From: Antedon mediterranea
Lineage: Eukaryota > Animalia > Echinodermata
Assembly: GCF_964355755.1 (NCBI RefSeq)
Contig: NC_092675.1
Location: 5,141,812-5,205,811, forward strand
DNA length: 64,000 nucleotides
Direction of reading: 5' to 3'
Every line of letters begins with the position of its first letter. Within the stretch, counting starts at the first letter, position 1. The position numbers and the translations under genes were made by a program. Under the pieces are notes generated by a model. The model was not told where the DNA came from, did not search any database, and worked only from the letters and a program-made list of their open reading frames with translations. Below, piece by piece: positions 26,001 through 36,000 of this stretch.

Positions 26001-26302
26001 GTTGGGTGCTACCTAGCCCAACGCGTGCCACAACATTATATTTCTGTCCTATTATTACTGTATGCTCACATGATAATATCTATTACGATTATTTAGAAGG
26101 TTTTGTAGTTGTTGACCGCCTAGATTTAGACATCTGAGAAACAAAGTAGGCCTAAGCCTACATTTTTTTTTTCGTGATTTCCAACAAGCAGGTCTACTCA
26201 TCTTAAACATTATATAAATACATAGGCTAACCTTAAGAATATTATATACCTTACCTGTACAGACACAGTTAGAAGCACCAGAACCTTATGAGTATCTCCC
26301 AT
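11092..26302 (-). CDS. Short ADAMTS2/3/14-like metalloprotease, ~645 aa: SP, prodomain, catalytic domain, disintegrin-like domain, 2x TSR
   Basis: Fourteen phase-consistent exons: 26302-26255, 21097-21061, 19403-19048, 17976-17838, 15706-15534, 14928-14845, 14556-14409, 14246-14141, 13970-13827, 13478-13331, 12993-12883, 12127-12022, 11824-11674, 11278-11092 (1938 nt, ends TAA). Signal peptide MGDTHKVLVLLTVSVQILLICASTA; prodomain (AISICDGM, YIIEP); furin site RQKR; HEIGHLLGFEHD; GSLMA Met-turn; CLHDNPF; EGTECGENMWCRRGQC; two TSRs. Confidence 0.92.
12312..12799. mobile_element. CACTA/EnSpm-like MITE in ADAMTS intron
   Basis: ~55-bp TIRs CACTGTAAAAATAGTGTTTAG... / ...CTAAACACTATTTTTACAGTG, TA on both flanks, and many internal TAAACA(T/C)G subrepeats. 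Confidence 0.85.
24254..24495 (+). repeat. Dispersed repeat with an internal tRNA-Pro-like cassette (24309-24380)
   Basis: GGCTATGTGGCCTAGTGGTATGATACTCGCCCTGTAAGCGAGAGGTTGCAGGTTCGAATCC...TTTTTT with A and B boxes. A near-identical inverted copy, including both flanks, lies at 61762-62008. Confidence 0.8.
25612..25718. repeat. Perfect 53-bp tandem duplication in ADAMTS intron 1
   Basis: ATAAATAGATTACTCGAGGGTTAAATATTAATACGTCCCTGGGCAGAGGTGTT x2. Confidence 0.95.
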
Positions 26303-26448
26303 CTTTATCCAGTAGCTGATAAACCGTCCTGCTCCCAATCGGCGTGGAACAAAGATTTTAACATTCAATGTCAAGGCAGTCTTGAAGGTGACTGTCAACT
26401 GTTGGAATTACTTACGTTTCCGTAGGTTTTAAGACGTAGACTATTCCA

Positions 26449-26464
26449 TTTTATAGTGACGTCA
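26449..26464 (-). promoter_or_regulatory. Candidate ADAMTS core promoter: TATA box plus CRE
   Basis: Minus-strand TATAAAA (26455-26449) next to palindromic TGACGTCA (26457-26464), ~150 bp upstream of the ATG. Confidence 0.45.
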
Positions 26465-26838
26465 TTTTGACCTAGGCATTTCTTGATGGTTATTAGTCCA
26501 CCTCTGAGGAGAGAATACATAATAATTAGTAAAAATACTGTAAAGGCCCTAGACCTTTTCAATATTTAAATCTCCGTGATTGATCTAAGCAACTTTATTT
26601 TTAATTGACTTTTTCAAATTTTTTAAAGTTTTGTATAAATTTTGTATTTTTTTAATATTTGTGTTTCCATATATATATTTTTGTGCATCAACAATTTCAG
26701 CCTTTGGGCTGCATGTTTTTTACTATATAAACCTGAATAAATAAATAAAATATACAGACTAAAACGAAAAGAGCAATAATCTTTAATCGTCCTAAGAGTA
26801 ACCATTTCATTTTCTTTCTTTCATTGTGTTATATATTG

Positions 26839-27000
26839 CGCCGTTCCGCAACCTATGGGTCGCGACCCAATGTTTGGATCGCGAACAAAATTTATGGGTC
26901 GCGAAATTGATTCCGATCATACTGAATTATACACTGATCTATATGTGAAATGTTCTCAGTTTTGTAGAATCTACAACACTGATTAAATTTTACATCTACA
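26839..27000 (+). mobile_element. One end of the hAT MITE family also seen at 58494-59864
   Basis: CGCCGTTCCGCAACCTATGGGTCGCG... The ~160 bp is reverse-complementary to 59698-59864. Confidence 0.75.
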
Positions 27001-27769
27001 GTTTTGTCCTATGTTGACGGCGAGTCCGTAGCGTAGGCCTACACACAATTGGGAAGCGACGACGTATTGGTACAAACTTCAGCCTCACCGCAGCACTACA
27101 AACAAACATTAACGTTTAATTGTTACATTGTTATCTACGTTAGCACATAATTACATTGTAGCCTATACATGATCGTTATGACAAGTATATAGTATTACAA
27201 GTATATACCTTTTTTAATACGCAAATTTAAACATAAATTATTAGTTGTAGCGTGTTCAATTATCTTATACAAATTGGCGCAACAAAATAAATGTGTTGGT
27301 ATAGAAAATACATTCTTTATGTAAAAAGTCATACAATACAATGTTTTATAGGCCTATACAGTTTTGGAGTTTCTAAATTTATATTGTTCTAATGTGTTTT
27401 ACTTTGTTTAAAGAACTTTTACTCTTGACCTCTCAACTTCTTTTTTTACTAAACTGAAATAAATAAAATGAATTTATTTGGTTGGTTGTTGTTCCAGCAA
27501 ATTGCAATATTTTTATAAACTATAAATTATTTTCCTTGTCTTTTTAATTGATTTTTAGAAAATCTGCTGGTGCATGATTTTGATCTTTTTGTAATTTAAG
27601 CGCTATATGAAAATATGCTTCTGGTCGACTAGCATTGAAATAGACGCAGGGTGGTTAGAATATTTGTTTTTAATACTGTATGAAATGTTCTTTTCTTTTA
27701 ATGTATTTATGTTGTAATTTCACCATAATGTTATATCAACAGCTCATTGCCATGTAATCCTTTAACGTA

Positions 27770-27938
27770 AGCTATGTCTACACTATCAAACTTTATGTGA
27801 CAAAAATGCAATTGCCTATATTCAATTCAATTCAAATAAACATTTATTTCTTTCATTCATATTATATGGACACGATGACGTCATATCACTACCACATTTG
27901 TTTTGGTCAAACTAGTTTGATAGTGTAGAGACAGAGCT
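27770..27938. mobile_element. Short MITE (Harbinger/Tourist-like termini)
   Basis: TIRs AGCTATGTCTACACTATCAAACT / AGTTTGATAGTGTAGAGACAGAGCT. A related fragment lies near 62540-62590. Confidence 0.6.
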
Positions 27939-28914
27939 TTTTGATCTTTGTATGGGCGGCCATTAGGGCCAAAATAGACAAACGTTGCCGTACGAACAAT
28001 TCCGCTCCCGTCGTAAGGCAAACTAATGGCGTTTAAGACATAATTCCTCGAGTGACAATCAAATATTGCCGTACGGACACACAAGCACATTGCCATATGA
28101 ACAAATTGCCGTATGGTTAAATTGGCGTAAGGACAAAAATTGGCGTAAGAACAAAAATTGCCGAAAGGACAAAATTGCCGAAAGGACAAAAATTGGCGTA
28201 AGGACAAATTGGCCTACAGTCTAACTATTAATATAAACGTTGAGGGCAGCATAGTATTTTAAAACCACGTGACTGAAACCACTCTGTGTCCACCAGTCCT
28301 GCTGGGGAATAAAAGCATAATCATGGAAGGCATGTGTTAAGCCATGGAGGTACCTCCATGGTCTAGTCAACAATAAGCCAGCCGACAATAAGCCAGCCCA
28401 CTTTTATTTTTCCAGCCAACAATAACTATGAAACGCCGTTTGTGTATTTTATACATTTTCAGTGTTACTTATGGTTTTTATGGTATTAGAAATTAAATAT
28501 TTGTGAGAAAACGGCGGATTGCTCCTGGGAGTCACTTGGTGAGATTATACTAGGGTACCTCTTTAGTCGTCCAGTAAAAGTTAGAGTATGACCACTGGTC
28601 CCGTTTACTCAGCCCTCATCTTTTAAATCATTGTACTAGGTACAGGAAACAAATATGTGGACCACATGTTCTCTATTGGATGCTTCTGCGTTTACAAGGC
28701 ATATACTTTGAAAAATGTAAACAAATGGACCGGATCACTGTCTCGTCTTTTTATGGCAGAAAAAAACAAAAGATCTTACCTTAACCGCCTGTTATAATTT
28801 ATATTTATGTGAATCTGATTTTTTTTAAATATATCGTTGAGCTTGTGCACTCTTTGTGTTCATAATCACATATATTGTGCCAGTTCTGCGGTACATTTCA
28901 TTTCGAAACCTGAG

Positions 28915-28957
28915 CTGCACTGACGAGATCTAAGATCGAAACAGTTACTGTCTGCAG
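28915..28957 (+). ncRNA. Type I hammerhead ribozyme
   Basis: CTGCA-CTGACGA-GATC(TAA)GATC-GAA-ACAG(TTA)CTGT-C-TGCAG. All three stems pair, the core CUGANGA/GAAA is intact, and the cleavage triplet is GUC (cut after 28952). Confidence 0.85.
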
Positions 28958-28964
28958 ATTGGAT

Positions 28965-28966
<2 letters not shown>

Positions 28967-29025
<59 letters not shown>
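28967..29025. repeat. (TA)n microsatellite
   Basis: ~29 TA units directly upstream of the Penelope element; a shorter (TA)n lies at ~30833-30849. Confidence 0.95.
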
Positions 29026-29029
<4 letters not shown>

Positions 29030-30832
29030 TAACCCTTAAAGACCACAAACCGAACTTCACTAACAAACCGACTTGCCGATTAATAAACCCGACCAAATCC
29101 AAGATAGGCAAGATAAGCAAAACTATACTCGATCGTATTAACAGCAAAATTACATCAAAACTTCGCACCAACCAATGGAAAAATACCTCATCGGTCATCG
29201 AATGATTTAAGAGCATCGACAAGAAACAACAACACAACTTGATATGCTTCGACATCGTAGAATTTTAAACCTCAATCAGCAATGACCTGCTGAACAAAGC
29301 ACTAGACTTCGCTAATAGATACGATGATATTACCAACGACGAAAGAGACATCATCGTACATACCAAAACATCAATATTCTCACACAAACAGCAACCATGG
29401 CAAAAGAAAGGCCCCACAGCATTCGATGTGACTATGGGTAGTTATGATGGCGCAGAAACGTGTGAACTTGTTGGAAGCTTCCTGTTACACCAATTACAAC
29501 AGAAACTAGGAATCAACATAGGATTTACAGAGATGACGGCCTTGCCGTCACAGACACCACACCTAAAAGCACAGAAAACATTAAAAAAGACATATGCCAA
29601 ATATTCAAAGATAACGGCCTACGCATTACCATAGAGGCAAACAAACAAGTCATTAACTTCTTAGACGTCACACTAAACCTAGCGAGGAACACATAACAGC
29701 CCTACACCAAACCAAACGCCACGTTACAGTATATCCATCAACAAAGTAACCACCCACCGACCATCCTAAAGAATATACCCGCCGGAATAAACAAACGACT
29801 CTCGTCCTTGTCATCCGACAAAAATTCATTCAACCAAGCCGCCCCTGTATACCAGAAAACTCTCAACGACAGTGGATACCAGTACACACTAAAATACGAG
29901 CCGGTAACCCAGACAAGACGAAAAAACAGACAACGAAACAAAATTCTGTGGTACAACCCACCGTTCAGCAAAAACGTCAGCACAAACATTGGACAGAAAT
30001 TCCTATCCCTAGTAGACAAACATTTTCCAAAAGATAACAAACTAAGAAAAATCTTCAACCGAAACACCATTAAGATTAGCTACAGTTGTATGAACAATAT
30101 GAAACAGATAATAGACAGTCACAACAAGAGAATACTCAACCAGCCCGAAACAACATCCATGGAAAACACGCAAGAAATCAAAACATGCAACTGCCGACAG
30201 AAAAACACATGCCCGCTAAACGGAAATTGCCTACAATCATCTGTAATATACCAAGCCACAGTTACACGCAAAGACAAATCCACCTCGGAAACTTATATCG
30301 GACTCACTGAAAATGATTTTAAAACGCGATACAGAAATCACACCTCATCATTCCGTCATACACGTTTTAGAAACTCAACCGAACTCAGTAAACATATTTG
30401 GACACTCAAGGACAACAACACAGACTATTCAATCTCATGGCGCATCTTGGCATCTGCTAAAGCATACAGTAGCGCAAACAAAAAATGCAACCCCTGCCTC
30501 AAAGAGAAATTATTTATCATCCGCCACCCTGAATTATCGACATTAAACAAACGCAACGAACTCGTGTCCGCCTGCCGGCACAGAAAGAAAGCATTGTTAC
30601 ATAACAGCTGACATTCCAAAACATATCACCTGTAAATGCTAATTCTACAAGTAAATGTGCTTATAAGCAACGTTGTAATTGATTGTTCTCATTATAGTGT
30701 CCTGATGAGACTCACGAAACAAGCCTGTAGAGACCAAACTGTAGTTTTTACTTCTTTTCCAGACTTAACGTATATTTTAGCTCTACTTTACCGTATTGAG
30801 CACTTTTTAGACGGTTACATTGAACCGAACAT
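29026..30832 (+). mobile_element. 5'-truncated, degenerate Penelope-like retroelement (Neptune-type RT + GIY-YIG)
   Basis: RT motifs [20 protein letters not shown] and a frameshifted YRDDG. ORF 29808-30611 has WYNPPFS, a CNCR..CPLNGNC linker and GIY-YIG (VIYQATV...YIGLTENDFKTRY). Flanked by (TA)n on both sides. Confidence 0.93.
30697..30735 (+). ncRNA. Minimal hammerhead-like motif in the Penelope 3' pLTR (probably degenerate)
   Basis: GTC-CTGATGA-G(ACTCA)C-GAA-ACAAGCCTGT-A-GAGAC. Stem II is very short and stem III is near-palindromic, as in PLE hammerheads. Confidence 0.6.
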
Positions 30833-33043
30833 TTATATATATATATATCTATGTATGAGAATAGTTATGTACTACAGGTATAAATATACATACATTTGCA
30901 TAATAATGTTGTATAATACACATAGGCAGTTTTATTTTATCTTATATGAAGTATGAATTAAAAAAAAAAATGTATAAATTAATATTGAAAACAAAAATGA
31001 AACGTAACGCAACATAAGTAACGCACGAGAAGGTAAGCAAACAAATATAACCATGAGACATAAACTAGACACAGGATTAAGACAAGCATTTCTAATATTT
31101 TTGTTTTTGTTTTTTTTTATATTCGTATTTTAAAATAATGTATATAGTCTGTATATAGGGTATAAATGAATTATATGTCAAAAAATACTACCGAAAATAA
31201 TAATATAATATTAGTAAATGTATCTCCTACAGTACATTTATTAGTGTTTACAATTTTAGATGTTGAGAATTATAGAACAAACAAAAAATATTAGAAAATT
31301 ATGAAAAAAGGTGGATAACAGAAAAGAAATATTAATGTTCTGATTCCAAGAACAGTAACGTTGATAAAATAAAAAAATAAATAATATATATATATATATA
31401 TATAAACCAAACAAAAGTAAGAATAACAATGAAATAGTTATTATTATTATTATTAGAAATAATTGTATTAATCTGTTGAAGATGAAATGAATAAATAGTG
31501 GTTAAAGCCACAAAAGAGAAAAAAAAGTGGGCTGGCTTATTGTCGGCTGGCTTATTGTTGGCTAGCTTGACCATGGAGGTACCTCCATGGCTTGACACGA
31601 GCCTCTTTCTATGATTATGCTTTTATTCCCCAGCAGGACTGGACACAGAGTCAACAGAGTGGTTTCAGTCACGTGGTTTTGTCCTTTCAGCAATTTTGTC
31701 CTTTCGACAATTGTTGTCCTTACGCCAATTTTAGTCCTTACGCCAATTTAACCATACGGCAATTTAACCATACGGCAATGTGTCTGTGTGTCCGTACGGC
31801 AATATTTGTTTGTCACTCGAGGAATTGTGTCTTTAACGCCATTCGTTTGCCTTACGGGAGCGGAATTGCTCGTACGGCAACGTTTGTCTATTTTGGCCCT
31901 AATGGCCGCCCATATCTTTGATGACATTTTGTTTCATTTTGCGTTTCCGTGGTTTTTCTTTTCTTAAAATGTTAGTGACAAATGGCCTAATGTCATTATT
32001 ATGATCATAGCCTAATATCTTTTCAGTCGCTACCTGAGAGGCTTTCATTTGATCTCAATGTTTACAACATACATATTTCTATTTGCTGTATTTTTTTATA
32101 TTGACCTCTGATCTCATATTAATATATATAAATAAATACTGGTCGTACACACTTTGATTGATTGACAAAGTTCACTTAGTAGGCGTATAGTATTAATATT
32201 CTGCCGTTAAAATACAATGTGTCTTTACATCAAAACAAAGAAGACTGAAAAAGCAACACTTTTATCATGGGATACAACTTTTAATAGAGGAATTTCATTA
32301 CAAACCTTTACTTGTATAGACTGATGTATGTAAAGAATAACTTTAAGTTACTATTCTGATTAATAAACTGAGAATGACCAGACTTCGAGTTGTGTGTAAG
32401 TTCAATAAACAACCAGAAAACCTATTGTAAAATTCTCCTACAAAAGATTTCTCTTTTTTGTGTCTTAATGATGTGTGTGATATAGGCTAATTTTACTACA
32501 AGTTATATTATAGTAAAATGAGTACTGGTTGGTGTTATTCTATGATACAAGAGAACCAACTTTAATATAATATATAATAATATAATAATACATAGGCCTG
32601 TAAAAAAACAAAACGCTTATTATTTATAGTAATAAGTACTTTCATCAGTTTCTTCCATGTGTAATATCTCCTTTTTTTAAATATTTTTTTTTAAACTTTT
32701 TAACTTTTTAATGTTGTAAATTTTGATGTTTGAAAGCTTGTACCAATTTTATATGTAAATCTCTCGCAATTCAGTTTTATTTTATATATACTGCAAAGAG
32801 AAATATTGAATAAAAGCAGAATGAATGAATGAAATATTTTAATTTGTATTCGAATTCTCTTCACTTGACCGTTTCTGATTCAAGAAAATTGACCACGATC
32901 TTTAATATTATAATCAACGAAAATTAAAAACATGATTAAAACTATGCTAAAATTAATAAAAACTCATTACCGATAGATATAATACCAATATTAATTTTTC
33001 TCAAATGTTGTTAACATTTTGAATATGATTTAAGACAAACGAG

Positions 33044-36000
33044 TTATGGCAAAGCACACGGGCAGTATCCAACAACTAAAAAGAACAGAAAGAAACAAAT
33101 TAAATCAAATTAAATTAAGACATTGAAAATATAAGTGGAATGATTTATAAAATGTCGTTTTAGTTATTACTGAAATGATATACAATTTTGAATAATTTAT
33201 AAAAAAAATTTCCACGTGACAAATACCTAATTCCAATTGAAAGGGGTTATCGTAATGTTCCAAACCGTGGGAATTCTATGAGAAATAATCTTTCTTTTAA
33301 TTACCTATTTCACAGATTGCTCCCATGTAGCCATTCGGGCATGTACAGGTGCTTATATCATCTTCAGTAGAAACACAAGTTCCATTATTCATGCATCCAC
33401 CGCAATCATCTTGAACTATATAAAAGAAATGAATAAAAATGTATGAACATTTTTATTACTTGACTTTATGTTATACAAAGATGGGATAGGCCTATAGAGA
33501 TTTAGATATAAGCCCTTTATTTAAATTATAATGTATTTTAATGATTGTGTGAAACAGAAGGCATGTGAGAAAATTGGCGAAGGTAAGACATTAACTCCAA
33601 TTTAACACTCGCGAAGTGGCATAGTGATGTAGCACAAAATTGCATGTACTGCAGTAAAGGCTGTAATTTGATATTATTATCTAAACAATGTGAGTTTTGA
33701 TACTGAAACATTTTAAAAGGTTACCTTTAAAGGGGCCTACATACAAGGGTCCTGTTTGGATCAACCGACTATCGCTACTCTCGATTGATTGTATTCCAGT
33801 CATTCTATCCAATCGATGTATGCCTCCAGTCCAATCTGTCCAGTACAGATAGTTTTTATAAACTTCAATATCAGAAGGGTGTCCTGTCAAGTTAGCAATA
33901 ATTCTTCTTTCGGTTCCGTCTAGGTTAGCTTCTTCGATGACATCAGTTCCTGAATCACACCAGTACATCTTTCCATCTTGAAGATAATGATTATAATTAC
34001 ATCAACACTAGATTTCAATTCAATGTCAGTAAACAGATTTCAATCTGTAACAGATTTCAATCTGTGAATTTTACAAAAATCCACATTTTTGTAAAACAGA
34101 TTTCTTGTAGAATTCTCTAAAACGCCCCAAACTACCTCAAACAATTGTTAAGCAATAGCAAAAAAATGAAATAAAAACTTTTATTAACTATTATACTAGT
34201 TAGGTCTGAAATAGCTATACACTTAATTAACAATCAAGTCATATGGGCCTTAAAAAAGTTAGTCCAAATCCAGAATTAGTAGGTCCTTCAGTAATGTAGT
34301 CGAACATTCTTGCAAATACGAAACAATTTATTTATACCGTCTCCACAATTAGTCTGCCTGTCATTAAGGACTTTTCTGAGATATTAGCACAAAACCAAGA
34401 TTTATAACAATATTATTGATAATACAAATTTCTTACTGGAAACTGATAAAGCAATTCCACTTGGATACACAAGTCCGCCCGTAACTATTTGGGTTCTTTT
34501 ACTCAAGTCATCTAATGGTGCTCGCTCTATATTTTGCACGGTGTTTCCACAATTAGACCAGTAAAGGTATCTGATTCTGATGAAGAATAATTTATAATAT
34601 CTATCTAAACATTATATATAGTATTATCTTACATCGTTTGTTTACAACAACGTAGATTCGACCAATAAAACCAGTAAATTACTTATTATACATATTAATA
34701 TTTTATAGAGTTGTGAGTGTCTTTTGCAATCTATAGTAATTAATTAATCATTATAACATACCCGTTAATAGTATCAACCTCAATCGCAAGCGGCGTGTCT
34801 AAATTAGTATCAAATAGAACCGTTTTATTCGTTCCATCGGTATTTACGGCTTCGATTTTAGATTCGGCAGAATTCGTCCAATAAAGTTTGGTTTTTTTTC
34901 CCATCAACGGCTAAAGCATCAACTATTAATGAAAAGGCATATGCTGTAGATCTAACATATTAATAGAAAGCTGATACAGAACAGTGAAAAAAAAAGTTAC
35001 TAGATAAACATCTAATAATATACAAATAATGAATTTGTATGAGTGTAATGGTACAAATAATGGCATACCTTTCACTTTTTTCAGCCAATCCAAGCCAGTA
35101 CTCTAGGCTAGGCCTAGCCTATGCCTGTTAGTATTAGGCTAGACCTAGCCTAGGCGTTTTATCCTAGGCCTGGGATTGTTGACATAATTAACACTAAAGT
35201 AGGTGTGTTTATAAAATCCATATAAATATAACAATTTTAATATATTATTAAAAACCAAACGTTACTGTTTTAATCAATGTGAATCAAAAGTAGGTTTTGA
35301 CTATTCTATGGCTACCTTTTATTTGATTCAAATGTCAGTAATCTATTTAGATGTTAAATAAAACAAATGAATGTTTTATATTCGTGTAATGGTACAAATA
35401 ATGGCATTTGGTGAATGATGAAAGGTTAAATATCAACTCGGTGTTGCTTCGTTGATATATAATCTTTCATCATTCACCTCATGCCATTATTTGTACCATT
35501 ACACTCATAAACATTCCTTATTTGTATACTATTGTACGCCATGTGACCCACAATCGTTCAATCAAATGACAGGAACGGGTGTTATATAATATAGTATAAT
35601 AGATAAAATAATAGTTAAAACGTGTTCTTACTTCCAAATATATCAGTAACGATTCCATTTTCGTTAGTAGCAAACGAATACCATACAATGTAAGGTGATG
35701 ACACGTCTAACCAGTATAACGTTAAATTGTTCGGATTATAATCAAGAGCCTTAGGTCTGCTTAGTGGAACTTGTATCGGTTCAGTAAAGTGCAAGCTTGT
35801 ATTCTCAGGACTAATATTTGAAGAGTAAATTTGCGGAGGGTTGAGGTTGCCCACAAACATTATATCCTCTGTAAAGCAATAATTTAAAATAATAAAAAAA
35901 TAATTACAACTAGATTTTAATTAGTTGAGTAGACGATGATTTTCTGATATCTACTTTTTTTTAAATAGCAATTAGTGTGAATGAATTATGGTTGTTTCAG

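Larger units (their letters stand above)
27951..31914. mobile_element. IS3EU-like non-autonomous DNA transposon with ~400-460 bp TIRs, hosting a Penelope element
   Basis: Termini TATGGGCGGCCATTAGGGCC... / ...GGCCCTAATGGCCGCCCATA. 6-bp TSD TCTTTG at 27945-27950 and 31915-31920. Subterminal AAATTG(G/C)CG(T/A)AAGGAC repeats. TAY..RTA ends with a 6-bp TSD fit IS3EU. Confidence 0.75.

Noticed and set aside
27881-28207. ORFs 27881-28207 and 31592-31921 as duplicated genes
   Set aside because: They are translations of transposon TIR subrepeats.
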